Below, in pieces: positions 33,111 through 42,139 of a stretch of 64,000 bases of DNA. Under the pieces are notes generated by a model. The model made no database searches and was not told where the DNA came from. It saw nothing but the letters and a program-made list of their open reading frames with translations. Position 1 is the first letter of the stretch. Each line of letters starts with the position of its first letter. Where the stretch lies: the NCBI GenBank assembly GCA_038894195.1, contig JAWAPZ010000002.1, forward strand, positions 20,401 to 84,400. The letters are read 5' to 3'. A program made the position numbers and the translations under genes. The DNA comes from Candidatus Pacearchaeota archaeon. Its GTDB lineage: Archaea; Nanobdellota; Nanobdellia; Pacearchaeales; UBA284.

Positions 33111-35261
33111 ATGGAGAAAATAAGTGCGCGAGATCTCTTAACGAGATGGGAATCAAGAATAGAAACATCTATGCTAGAATCAAGTGATTATTCAAAAGAG
33201 TATAAAAAATTCAGAGAGGAATCTTTACTTATACCCACCAGCTACGAAAATGCTTGTAAAAACATAGGAAAAATAATAAAAGTAAAATTAAAAGAAAAAG
33301 ATGAGATATCGCTAAAAGAAGCAATCGAAACAGCCCACCTTGAAATAGAGCCTGGTGAATCTGCTGGACTTGCAGTTTTCGCATTGCTGGCCGGTTTTAT
33401 TATCTCCTTGTTAGTATGTGTAGCAATATTCTTGTTTACTGGAGCTCTAAACAATGCTATTTTAATCTTTTTTCTTCTGCTTTTTGTTACCCTTTTTCTT
33501 TTCTATTATTTAAACACTATGCCATTTAGACTAGCACAGAAATGGCGTCTTAAAGCGGCCTCTCAAATGGTCCCAGCAATTCTTTATATTGTAGTTTATA
33601 TGAGACACACAAGTAATCTTGAAAGAGCAATAAAATTTGCTTCTGAAAATTTACAACCACCATTGGCTCTAGATTTCAAAAAAATTTTTTGGGATGTTGA
33701 AATAGGTAAATATGCTACAATAAAAGATTCTCTTGATGCTTATCTTGAGAAATGGCGTAAGCATAGTCTTGAATTTCTTGAATCAATGCATCTCATAGAA
33801 TCCTCTTTATATGAACCAATAGAAGAAAGAAGAATAGCCACTCTTGAAAAATCTCTCCAAGTAATTCTTGACGGTGTTTATGAAAAAATGATACATTTCA
33901 CACACGAGGTAAAGTCACCTATAACAAACATATATATGCTGGGAATTGTATTGCCAACCCTCGGATTAGCACTTTTGCCTTTAGCTTCTACACTGCTTCA
34001 GGGAGCTATAAAATGGTATCATGTTGCAATTCTTTTCAATGTGCTTGTACCTTTTTTTGTTTTTTATATGACGAATCAGATACTAAATAGAAGACCAGCA
34101 GGTTACGGAGAGACTGAGTTACTTGAAAGAAATCCAAATTATAGATACTACAAAGACAAAAGTGTTTACTTCAAGGCTTTCTTAATTGCTCTGCCCTTTT
34201 TAATAATGGGTCTTTCTCCACTTCTTTTTTATTATACTAATCTGCCTTCAGCAATTGGAATGCAGAAAGATTATAACTTAAGTTTTTTAGGACAACCAGC
34301 TTTTGATTTCAAGGTAGATCCTGAAACAGGATCCACAGTAGGACCTTTTGGGTTCTTGGCCGTAATCCTTAGTCTATTCTTTATTCTAGGAATTTCTCTA
34401 TTCTTCTCTACGGCATACAAAATGAAAACTCAAAAATTAATAAAAACAAGAGAAGAAACAAAAAAACTTGAATTAGAATTTAGTTCTGCAATATTCCAGC
34501 TTGGCAACAGACTTGCAGACGGAATCCCAGCAGAAATGGCTTTTGGTAGAGTCGCTTATAGTTTAAAAGGCACATCCACAGCCGGTTTTTTTGCTATTGT
34601 CAATACAAATATACAGCAAGTCGGCATGTCAGTAGAGCAAGCTATATTCAACAAAACACGAGGTGCTATTAATTACTACCCATCTGATCTAATAAGGACA
34701 AGTATGCAAATACTAATTGAAAGTGTAAAAAAAGGGCTCGGTATAGCGGCTAAGGCACTGATGGCAATAAGTGAGTATGTAAAAAACATACATAAAGTAA
34801 ATGAAAGGTTAAAAGATTTGCTAGCAGATATCACAAGCAGCATGAAAAGTAATATGACTTTCCTTGCGCCCTTACTTTCAGCTGTTGTTGTTGGTCTTGC
34901 CACAATGATAACTCTTATTCTAAGCAAACTTCAGTTTCTTATAGCAAGTGGTGAGCTGAGTGCGACACAAGATCTTGGTGGTTTCGGAAGTGTTGGAGCT
35001 ATAACCAGTATGTTTAATGTAGTCAAAATGATTCCTCCATACTGGATACAAATAATAGTGGGAATCTATCTAATTGAAATAGTAATGATCTTAACATCAA
35101 CCTTAGTTACTATAGAGAATGGTGAAGACCGATTAGGTGAGAAATATGAGAGTAGTAAAAATTTATTAACCGGCATGACCTTATACTTTTTCACAGCATT
35201 GATTGCTACCGCGTTACTTGGCGCTCTAGCAATAATTGCAGTTGGAAGCATTTCAATTTAA
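33111..35261 (+). CDS. type IV filament platform protein (FlaJ/PilC/TadC family, two T2SSF-like cytoplasmic domains)
   Basis: 716 aa with at least 9 hydrophobic helices. The T2SSF-like segments are ERAIKFASENLQPPLALDFKKIFWDVEIGKYATIKDSLDAYL and LELEFSSAIFQLGNRLADGIPAEMAFGRVA...IQQVGMSVEQAIF...PSDLIRTSMQILIESVKKG. Confidence 0.6.
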   Translation: MEKISARDLLTRWESRIETSMLESSDYSKEYKKFREESLLIPTSYENACKNIGKIIKVKLKEKDEISLKEAIETAHLEIEPGESAGLAVFALLAGFIISLLVCVAIFLFTGALNNAILIFFLLLFVTLFLFYYLNTMPFRLAQKWRLKAASQMVPAILYIVVYMRHTSNLERAIKFASENLQPPLALDFKKIFWDVEIGKYATIKDSLDAYLEKWRKHSLEFLESMHLIESSLYEPIEERRIATLEKSLQVILDGVYEKMIHFTHEVKSPITNIYMLGIVLPTLGLALLPLASTLLQGAIKWYHVAILFNVLVPFFVFYMTNQILNRRPAGYGETELLERNPNYRYYKDKSVYFKAFLIALPFLIMGLSPLLFYYTNLPSAIGMQKDYNLSFLGQPAFDFKVDPETGSTVGPFGFLAVILSLFFILGISLFFSTAYKMKTQKLIKTREETKKLELEFSSAIFQLGNRLADGIPAEMAFGRVAYSLKGTSTAGFFAIVNTNIQQVGMSVEQAIFNKTRGAINYYPSDLIRTSMQILIESVKKGLGIAAKALMAISEYVKNIHKVNERLKDLLADITSSMKSNMTFLAPLLSAVVVGLATMITLILSKLQFLIASGELSATQDLGGFGSVGAITSMFNVVKMIPPYWIQIIVGIYLIEIVMILTSTLVTIENGEDRLGEKYESSKNLLTGMTLYFFTALIATALLGALAIIAVGSISI

Positions 35262-35262
35262 A

Positions 35263-35421
35263 ATGAAAAAAATAAAAAAAGCAATGGTTCCTAGAGAACT
35301 TGGATGGTGGATCATTGCTTTAGTCGTGCTTGTCTTGGTTATCCTAGGATTGATGCTAATGCAGAAAAAAGGTATAAACGTTATAGACCAGCTGAAAAAT
35401 TTGCTTCGATTCGGAAGGTAA
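35263..35421 (+). CDS. small single-TM protein (52 aa)
   Basis: The ATG at 35263 gives MKKIKKAMVPRELGWWIIALVVLVLVILGLML, 1 nt after the platform-gene stop. Confidence 0.5.
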   Translation: MKKIKKAMVPRELGWWIIALVVLVLVILGLMLMQKKGINVIDQLKNLLRFGR

Positions 35422-35422
35422 A

Positions 35423-36319
35423 ATGGGGGAGGGAGAGAACACTATAATCGCTATAATAATCGTTCTAATAGTTGTTGTTCTCTCAATTGTTTTTCTTTCT
35501 GCAGCTTATCCACAAGTATTTAGTTTTATTCGTGGAAAAACTCTAAGTCAAGATATACAAGATAAAATGGGAGATAATTTTGACATTCTAACGAATAACA
35601 TTCAAGAGTGTTCTTATTTAGAAGATAAGGAATGTATATGCCCAGCAATGCCTAATTTTCCAGGAAGCTTTGTTAAACAAGTGAATTTAAACATAAACAC
35701 CGAAGGGAAAACACTGAAAATTGCATTGACACAAGGAAAAAAAACTATAAGAAATTCTACAGTACCTAATTTTAATCTACAAATTTTAAAATTGGAGGAA
35801 AATATGGCACAAGAAATTCAGCCAACAACAAGTATAACTCTAGAATTTACTAAAAAATTCCCTTTTGAAAAAAATAAAAAACAGTATATTGCGTCTGAGT
35901 ATATTTACAAAATGAGTAATGAACTGGCTTTTTTTCTTGCAACAACAAGAATGGACACTGCAGAATACCTTAGAGAGAAAATAAACAAACTGCCAGTATG
36001 TACTAGCAAAAGACAGGATGCTATAAAGGAATTTGAAAATATAAAAGCATTAATTTTAGAAGGACAGGATGTAAATTATAAAGTTATACTGCCACAAAAT
36101 TATTCTATAGTTTGTAACAAGAACAAAATGATCCTCCAGCATACAGATGAGGAAGTTAAAGAAACTACCCAAAAACAAGACCAAACAGGAAAAACGATTC
36201 TTGAAGCAAAAACAGTTCAATTTGAAAAACAAAATTTGTTGTGCACACAAGAACGAGCAACAATCACCTTTGAAAAAGAAATAGAAATTAAAGCTAGCAA
36301 ATGCATGTTTGTCCGCTAA
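35423..36319 (+). CDS. pilin-like / N-terminally anchored secreted protein (298 aa)
   Basis: MGEGENTIIAIIIVLIVVVLSIVFLSAAY, 1 nt after the upstream stop. Confidence 0.55.
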   Translation: MGEGENTIIAIIIVLIVVVLSIVFLSAAYPQVFSFIRGKTLSQDIQDKMGDNFDILTNNIQECSYLEDKECICPAMPNFPGSFVKQVNLNINTEGKTLKIALTQGKKTIRNSTVPNFNLQILKLEENMAQEIQPTTSITLEFTKKFPFEKNKKQYIASEYIYKMSNELAFFLATTRMDTAEYLREKINKLPVCTSKRQDAIKEFENIKALILEGQDVNYKVILPQNYSIVCNKNKMILQHTDEEVKETTQKQDQTGKTILEAKTVQFEKQNLLCTQERATITFEKEIEIKASKCMFVR

Positions 36320-36325
36320 CTCGTA

Positions 36326-36344
36326 GAAAGTTTTAAAAATATAG
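36326..36344 (+). promoter_or_regulatory. BRE/TATA-like promoter plus SD for the 36381 pilin-like gene
   Basis: gaaagttttaaaaatatag. The predicted ~18-nt leader carries GGGGGT (36368-36373) 7 nt before the ATG. Confidence 0.5.
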
Positions 36345-36380
36345 AATCTATAAAGATAAGATAAAAAGGGGGTAAAAAAG

Positions 36381-36743
36381 ATGAATAGAAAAGGCGCAGA
36401 AATAAACATAACCACTGTCATAGTTATAATACTCGCAATTCTCGTTCTTGTAATTCTCGCATTATATTTTACAGGGGGTATGAAAAGTTTGTGGGAAAAG
36501 ATTACAGGAGTGAAAGGAGCTTGGGACCAAACAGATGTTGAGAATGCGAAATCGGTTTGTGCAGTAAGATGCACAGCACAAGACAAAGAATTTTTCTGCA
36601 CTCATGAATTCACTCTAAAAAAAGCGAAAAGTGATGAAACGGGAATAAAGAAATGTTGGGAAGACCCAATAAAAGCATATAATCTTCCAGAATGCCAAGA
36701 AGCTGGGCTAACAAAAGATAGTTGTGAAGAGACAGCAGAGTAA
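36381..36743 (+). CDS. type IV pilin-like protein, KKG[AV]E class (120 aa, 6 Cys)
   Basis: MNRKGAEINITTVIVIILAILVLVILALYFTGGMK. Confidence 0.65.
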   Translation: MNRKGAEINITTVIVIILAILVLVILALYFTGGMKSLWEKITGVKGAWDQTDVENAKSVCAVRCTAQDKEFFCTHEFTLKKAKSDETGIKKCWEDPIKAYNLPECQEAGLTKDSCEETAE

Positions 36744-36746
36744 AAA

Positions 36747-36932
36747 ATGCAAAAGAAAGGTGCAGAACTTTCTATAAATACCATAGTTATAATAATTATC
36801 TTAATAATTGTCCTTGTGGTCGTTGTACTTATTTTTACAGGGGCAATGAAGGGTATCACAGGCGACATATGGTCAAAAATAAAAAACGCCTTAGGACTGT
36901 GGAACTCTTCTGAACTAAAACCGCTGAAATAA
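36747..36932 (+). CDS. type IV pilin-like protein, KKG[AV]E class (61 aa; N-terminal paralog of 36381)
   Basis: MQKKGAELSINTIVIIIILIIVLVVVVLIFTGAMKG. Confidence 0.6.
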   Translation: MQKKGAELSINTIVIIIILIIVLVVVVLIFTGAMKGITGDIWSKIKNALGLWNSSELKPLK

Positions 36933-37025
36933 ATTTCAATATTAGTGACAAGCCAATACTCCAATGAAGTTTTATTCGGAAGGCCTTAACTAAAGAAACT
37001 GTTCAATTTCTATAGTTTCTATTTC

Positions 37026-37043
37026 AAAAGTTTTAAATATAAA
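37026..37043 (+). promoter_or_regulatory. BRE/TATA-like promoter (leaderless geometry) for the 37061 gene
   Basis: aaaagttttaaatataaa, with the TATA centre about 25 nt upstream of the ATG. Confidence 0.5.
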
Positions 37044-37060
37044 CCCCCCTTATTTGTTAG

Positions 37061-37549
37061 ATGCAAAAAAAAGGTGTTGAATTGGTTGGAAAAAATTTAG
37101 TTGGGATAATAATAGTAGTTATTGGAATTCTAATTATTCTGGCAGTAATAGCAGTTATGCTAAGAACATACTGGGGCGAAGCCTCTCTTGAAAAAGCTGC
37201 TGGGAGTTTAGATTATTTTATTGATGCCTTAAAGAGTATCAAAGAAGGTGAGTCAAAAATAATTACCATGACAACACCACAGAATTGGTGGCTTGTTTAT
37301 TTTGAAGAAAACGAGAATATAAACAAAGAATACTTTGAAAAACCTTCGAATTTATTCGGAAAAAAAGCGTTATGTATATGCAAAGGCCGTGTCTGTGATT
37401 CGAGGGCATGTAAAGAAATTAGCATGCCGGTAAGAAAAGATAACTCTTCATTAACTTTAAAAATAAAGATAATGGATTTAGAAGTGACTAATAGAATAGA
37501 ATATTATGAAGTTAGATTATTAGAACAAAGAGTTAAATATAAAAACTAA
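37061..37549 (+). CDS. type IV pilin-like protein, KKG[AV]E class (162 aa)
   Basis: MQKKGVELVGKNLVGIIIVVIGILIILAVIAVML. Confidence 0.65.
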   Translation: MQKKGVELVGKNLVGIIIVVIGILIILAVIAVMLRTYWGEASLEKAAGSLDYFIDALKSIKEGESKIITMTTPQNWWLVYFEENENINKEYFEKPSNLFGKKALCICKGRVCDSRACKEISMPVRKDNSSLTLKIKIMDLEVTNRIEYYEVRLLEQRVKYKN

Positions 37550-37562
37550 AATTAACTAAAAG

Positions 37563-37706
37563 ATGAATAAAAGAGGAGAGGGCGCAGAAACACTAGGTGG
37601 AGAAACCCTAATAAAATGGATTGTGATAATAATAGGATCTGCTATTGTTGGAATTACCCTAATTAAACTCCTGCCGGTCATAATCCCTGGCTTAAGATTA
37701 ACATGA
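37563..37706 (+). CDS. small pilin-like protein (47 aa), not in the ORF track
   Basis: Hand translation gives MNKRGEGAETLGGETLIKWIVIIIGSAIVGITLIKLLPVIIPGLRLT*. Its TGA overlaps the next ATG (ATGA at 37703-37706). Confidence 0.55.
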   Translation: MNKRGEGAETLGGETLIKWIVIIIGSAIVGITLIKLLPVIIPGLRLT

Positions 37707-38704
37707 GGAAAAATAAAAAAAACAAGAGGGGGGTAACAATACAATCGACAATAATAGTTCTTATAATTCTGATAATAGGCGCAGCAGTCCTTTTTTTTAT
37801 ACTTAAGATAATTCCTTACAAGTCAACTGCTGAAAAAGAAGCTTGTCATCAATCGGTTCTTTTAAGAGGAAAATCAATAATGGGCCTTGAGCCAGGCCAA
37901 GCGCTAGTGCCTTTAAATTGCAAAACGCAACACATAGAAATTTCGTCCATGAATGAAGAAACAATAAAAAGAGAGATAGCTAATGCAATGTATGACTGCT
38001 GGTGGATGCTAGGCGAGGGCAAGTTGCAATTTTGGACAGAAAATGCATGGAAAGAAATGGGTCTAGGAAAAGTAAGATCTTCATGCGTTATATGCTCTAC
38101 AATAAAATTTGATGAGAGTGTTAAAAGAAAAGCACTTCAGCTTGATATGGCATCCTATTTAGAAAAAACAAAAATTACAGACAGCAATATAACATATCTC
38201 GAATATTTTACAGAAGAAAAAGGTGTGACACTTCCAACAGATGTTGAAGCTCCGCCAATAACAACAGATAAAGACTATATAGTTGTGTTCTCAGCAATAG
38301 AGGGTGATGAATGGTGGGAGCCATTATTAAGAGATTTGGAAATTGCTGGAGGTCTTCTTGGTTTTAGCAGCTTGACTATTGGGCCAAAAGCAACATTTGG
38401 TGCAGTTAAAGGAGTAGGAAGTGCTCTGCTTAAACCAACAGTAAGCATACCAGTAGGAACAAGAGCAGGAATGGGATTTAACGCTGTCACAACAGTATTT
38501 GCAAAAGTACCCTACGTTGCAGTAGGGTTAGCCATAGTTGCATCAGCAGTATTGACAACACAAGTTGCTACAACCCTTAATAATCAGAATATAGTAGCAA
38601 GCCATTGTGATGGAGAAAGAAAAGGTTGCATGCAAGTCATGTTGATTCCTTTCAATGCAGCAAACATAGCAGGAGTATGCAACGACATAAAAAGTATTCC
38701 TTAA
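37703..38704 (+). CDS. pilin-like secreted protein with a C-terminal hydrophobic region (333 aa)
   Basis: MRKNKKNKRGVTIQSTIIVLIILIIGAAVLFFIL. R-G-V-T fits the class III cleavage pattern, and there are multiple Cys. Confidence 0.6.
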   Translation: MRKNKKNKRGVTIQSTIIVLIILIIGAAVLFFILKIIPYKSTAEKEACHQSVLLRGKSIMGLEPGQALVPLNCKTQHIEISSMNEETIKREIANAMYDCWWMLGEGKLQFWTENAWKEMGLGKVRSSCVICSTIKFDESVKRKALQLDMASYLEKTKITDSNITYLEYFTEEKGVTLPTDVEAPPITTDKDYIVVFSAIEGDEWWEPLLRDLEIAGGLLGFSSLTIGPKATFGAVKGVGSALLKPTVSIPVGTRAGMGFNAVTTVFAKVPYVAVGLAIVASAVLTTQVATTLNNQNIVASHCDGERKGCMQVMLIPFNAANIAGVCNDIKSIP

Positions 38705-38754
38705 AAACCGATCTTTTTCTTTCCACTAAGATGTCCTTTAATAGAATTGGAAAC

Positions 38755-38988
38755 CTAATTCCCTAACAAATAAGGAATCATTGTAAAAGGTGTAGCAAAA
38801 ACTCCGATCCAAACATATTTATCGATGTTTTTAGAAATATACTCAACAAGAGGTATCTCATAAATTGCTCCATTCTCTGTTAAATGTATTCCTAAAGCTA
38901 CCCCGCAAGCAAACCCGGCCAAACCCAATAAACTCCCAAGTGTTGTGGCTTTCGTTCCTTTACCTTCAGTCTCGTTATCTAATGACAT
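38755..38988 (-). CDS. small two-TM membrane protein, antisense-oriented inside the pilin cluster
   Basis: The ATG at 38988 gives MSLDNETEGKGTKATTLGSLLGLAGFACGVALGI. A TATA-like tttaattttaaataaa lies upstream on the minus strand. Confidence 0.4.
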   Translation of the reverse strand: MSLDNETEGKGTKATTLGSLLGLAGFACGVALGIHLTENGAIYEIPLVEYISKNIDKYVWIGVFATPFTMIPYLLGN

Positions 38989-39096
38989 TTTTACATTTAC
39001 ATCTAAGTTTAGTACAACCAATTTATTTAAAATTAAAGGACTTAAAAATTTAACTCGTGCAACAAAATTTATTAACTCTTCTTGCTTGTCTAGAGC

Positions 39097-39423
39097 ATGA
39101 AAAAAAAGGGTGTTGAAAGCTTAGTATATGGCTCGATATTCAGTCTAGTAATTTTAATATTTCTTCTAATACTTGTAGTTTATTTTATATCGTCAAAAAG
39201 CTCTGAACTGGCTGGGCCAAAAACAATTGCAAAAGACCTGTGTCTTGCGGTTCTGACAAAAAACAACACAAAAATAATAATTGAAACTAATTGGATAATA
39301 GAGAAGCAAAATAACGGGTTCTTGGTAAAAAAAACAGATATCGATAGAGGTTATTTCTATCCATGCCATACCCAATTTGAATTACAAAAAATTGAGAATA
39401 AATTTATACTGACTATTAATTAA
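39097..39423 (+). CDS. type IV pilin-like protein, KKG[AV]E class (108 aa)
   Basis: MKKKGVESLVYGSIFSLVILIFLLILVVYFISS. Confidence 0.6.
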   Translation: MKKKGVESLVYGSIFSLVILIFLLILVVYFISSKSSELAGPKTIAKDLCLAVLTKNNTKIIIETNWIIEKQNNGFLVKKTDIDRGYFYPCHTQFELQKIENKFILTIN

Positions 39424-39426
39424 AAA

Positions 39427-39882
39427 ATGGAAAAAAAAGCACAGGTTGCTGAGTCTATGTTGTGGTTGTATCGGTTTTTAATAATTATAATAGTAGTTGG
39501 CGGAGTAATTCTTGTGGTAGTTAGATACTATTCTACAGATTATGACATAAGATCATTAGAAACTTCTATGCTGACAAATAAACTATTGACTTGCTTGAAA
39601 GAAAATTCTTTCGCATTTGATGAATCTACAATCAAAAAATGTGCAATCATTGATGAGAACATCTTTATTAATCTAACAATGACAGAGTATGGGAAAAACG
39701 ATTTAGAAAGAAACGCAAGTTTCGGAAATAAAGACTTAAGTATTTTATGCCAGGCACAAGAAAGAAAGGTTACTGGTAAGCATTTGCCATACTGCTTTAA
39801 AGATAATTATCTTGTTTTAGAAAATAATAAAGAAAAAAATTTGACAGTAATCATTGCATTACAAACAGTTCAAAATGTCTAA
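39427..39882 (+). CDS. type IV pilin-like protein, KKAQ class (151 aa)
   Basis: MEKKAQVAESMLWLYRFLIIIIVVGGVILVVV. K-A-Q-V fits the class III site. Confidence 0.6.
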   Translation: MEKKAQVAESMLWLYRFLIIIIVVGGVILVVVRYYSTDYDIRSLETSMLTNKLLTCLKENSFAFDESTIKKCAIIDENIFINLTMTEYGKNDLERNASFGNKDLSILCQAQERKVTGKHLPYCFKDNYLVLENNKEKNLTVIIALQTVQNV

Positions 39883-40348
39883 AAATAAAAAAGCACAGAT
39901 AGGTGAGATAACCCAGGATTTTACAGCATTCATAATTGTATTTATTCTGGTTGTACTGTTTTTTTTACTTTCTCTCTTGTTTACATCTGCAAATAATAAA
40001 ATAATTAAACAAGATGCTACTAAAATTCAAGATAGTGTAAGGGCAGATGTTGCAATTACTACTTTATTAGAAAAAGAAGTTAACATAAGTATAGATAATG
40101 AAATTCAAAAGTTAAGTATAGCGGAACTTATAATGCTTTCAAAGATAAGCAACCAACACGAAGACAAAATAAAAGAGCTGAAAAATCTTTTAGAGAACAA
40201 AGATTTGTGTAAGAACAGCCGCAATTGCTATTTTGAAATAAAAGAAGGTGAAAAATGTCCTGAATCAGAAAAAAAGAGAAAATACTCCTCTTGCATTATT
40301 CTCCCTTCAACTAACAATTTAATAATAACTTTAGTAAATGTTTATTAA
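39875..40348 (+). CDS. type IV pilin-like protein, KKAQ class (157 aa)
   Basis: The ATG at 39875 gives MSKNKKAQIGEITQDFTAFIIVFILVVLFFLL and overlaps the upstream gene by 8 nt. Confidence 0.6.
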   Translation: MSKNKKAQIGEITQDFTAFIIVFILVVLFFLLSLLFTSANNKIIKQDATKIQDSVRADVAITTLLEKEVNISIDNEIQKLSIAELIMLSKISNQHEDKIKELKNLLENKDLCKNSRNCYFEIKEGEKCPESEKKRKYSSCIILPSTNNLIITLVNVY

Positions 40349-40354
40349 AATAAA

Positions 40355-41092
40355 ATGATAAATGGAAAAAAAGCCTTAAGTTTTGGGATAATGCTCTTCC
40401 TCATGACTATAATTATAATTGGTGTTTCAATGTATTTTTTTGTTGTAAATCAAAAAAAATTACTGAAGAATACAATATCAGCTCAAGAGATACTTGATTT
40501 TGAACAAGAATCTTTGCGAATAGAGATATATGCAAAAGAGTCAGCAAATCTGGCGGCATCGCAAGCATTGTATAAGATGGCCGAAAAATCTTTTATTCAA
40601 TCAGATGCGGGTTGTTTGGTTTATAAAGACAAATTAATATGGCAAGAGAATTGCAAACCAGAAAATCTAAAAAGTTGGTTCTCAGAACAGTTCAAAACAA
40701 TCTTTTCAGATATTATTAAAAAATATCCTGAAAATTTAAATTTTAGCGTGGCCCTAAACAACGAATCGGTAATAGAAATCAAAATCAACAAAAAAATAAA
40801 CGATTCCATATCATTTAATTTTTCAAAAGATCTGAAAATTAACCTTAATTTTACAGAATACGAAATAAGCCTAGAAGAAATAAGTAAACTTTACGAAAAA
40901 GTTAAAGAACTTAAAGAAAGATGCGAAAATGCAGAGTGCATAGAGAATAACCTACTGCTCAAAAACTGGGATGTTCATGTAAGCAAAGAAGCAAGTTATT
41001 TTTTAATAGATGCTGAAACAAAAAATAATCACTTCATAAAAAAAGGTGGCGTTCTTTCATTTGAAAAAATAAAAACAGAACTTGTTTTCTAA
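40355..41092 (+). CDS. pilin-like secreted protein (245 aa)
   Basis: MINGKKALSFGIMLFLMTIIIIGVSMYFFVV. K-A-L-S fits the class III site. Confidence 0.55.
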   Translation: MINGKKALSFGIMLFLMTIIIIGVSMYFFVVNQKKLLKNTISAQEILDFEQESLRIEIYAKESANLAASQALYKMAEKSFIQSDAGCLVYKDKLIWQENCKPENLKSWFSEQFKTIFSDIIKKYPENLNFSVALNNESVIEIKINKKINDSISFNFSKDLKINLNFTEYEISLEEISKLYEKVKELKERCENAECIENNLLLKNWDVHVSKEASYFLIDAETKNNHFIKKGGVLSFEKIKTELVF

Positions 41093-41148
41093 AAAACACC
41101 AAATTATAAAACAACAATCTTTAAAAAAACTTGGCACGTGAGAAAACA

Positions 41149-42114
41149 ATGATAAAAGCATCTTATGAACAAATTGTTGAAAAAATCTCTAAACTTTCTA
41201 ACATAAGTGAAGAAGAAATAAAAAGGAAGATAGAAGCAAAGAAGGCAAAGCTTTCTGGATTGATAAGTAATGAAGGCGCTGCCCAAATAATAGCCGCAGA
41301 ACTTGGTATCTCGTTCGAAGAACAAGAATTGCAAATAAATGACTTGCTCCCAGGGATGCGCAAAATAAACATAACTGGCAAAGTTCTTGAAATTTTTCCA
41401 ATTCGCAAATTTCTACGCGCAGGACAAGAAGCAGAAGTTGCTTCACTAGAAATAGCAGATCCCACCGGCAGCATCCGGGTAGTTCTGTGGGACACGCACC
41501 ATATAGAACTTATAAAAAACGGGACTATAAAAAAAGATTCTGTAATTGAAATTAAAAAAGCAGATATCCGTGGAACAAATGATAAAGAAATTCATCTTAG
41601 TTCCTTTTCAGAACTTAAAGTAAGTGAAAAAAAAATTGAAAAAACAATAAAAACTGAAACTAAAGAACTAACAAAAAAGATCTCAGAATTGCAAAAAAAT
41701 GAAAACGCTTGTATAAAGGCTACGATAGTTCAACTATTTAGACCATCCTTTTTTAATGTTTGCCCTGAATGCAATATGAAAGTTACTTATGAAAACGATA
41801 GATCGATCTGTATAAAGCACGGGGCAGTTATCCCTAAAAAAAGGATTGTTTTAAATGCGATTGCAGATGACGGCTCTGATAATGTGCGTGTGATATTCTT
41901 TCACGAGAATGCTCTTAAGATTTTAGATGAACAGGATATAGAAAAAATACAAAACCCTTCCTTCATGCTCGAAAAAAAGGAACAAATCCTGGGTACAGAG
42001 TACCTTATCTATGGAAGGATGAAAAAAAATGTCTTCTTTGATAGAAATGAGTTCACAGTAACAGACTGCAAGAAAGTTAGTTTTGACCAGATAATAAAAG
42101 AGTTAAGCAAATAA
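41149..42114 (+). CDS. replication protein A (RPA/RFA-type ssDNA-binding protein with OB folds and a Zn motif)
   Basis: The ATG at 41149 gives MIKASYEQIVEKISKLSNISEEEIKRKIEAKKAKLSGLISNEGAAQIIAAELGI. An OB-fold segment (INITGKVLEIFPIRKF...) and CPECNMKV...CIKHG are present. Confidence 0.75.
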   Translation: MIKASYEQIVEKISKLSNISEEEIKRKIEAKKAKLSGLISNEGAAQIIAAELGISFEEQELQINDLLPGMRKINITGKVLEIFPIRKFLRAGQEAEVASLEIADPTGSIRVVLWDTHHIELIKNGTIKKDSVIEIKKADIRGTNDKEIHLSSFSELKVSEKKIEKTIKTETKELTKKISELQKNENACIKATIVQLFRPSFFNVCPECNMKVTYENDRSICIKHGAVIPKKRIVLNAIADDGSDNVRVIFFHENALKILDEQDIEKIQNPSFMLEKKEQILGTEYLIYGRMKKNVFFDRNEFTVTDCKKVSFDQIIKELSK

Positions 42115-42139
42115 AAAATCTTAAAATAAGTTATATAAA

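Noticed and set aside
36056-36964. Two long minus-strand ORFs (181 and 120 aa) opposite the pilin-like genes.
   Set aside because: Their translations are F/S/C-rich mirror images of the hydrophobic/K-rich plus-strand genes. The plus-strand genes have promoters, SD sites and the conserved KKG[AV]E leaders. Similar antisense artefacts are 26407-26850, 43646-44080, 44125-44607, 46680-47165, 49151-49582, 55340-55807, 61115-61486, 63622-63834 and most other short track ORFs nested in longer genes.
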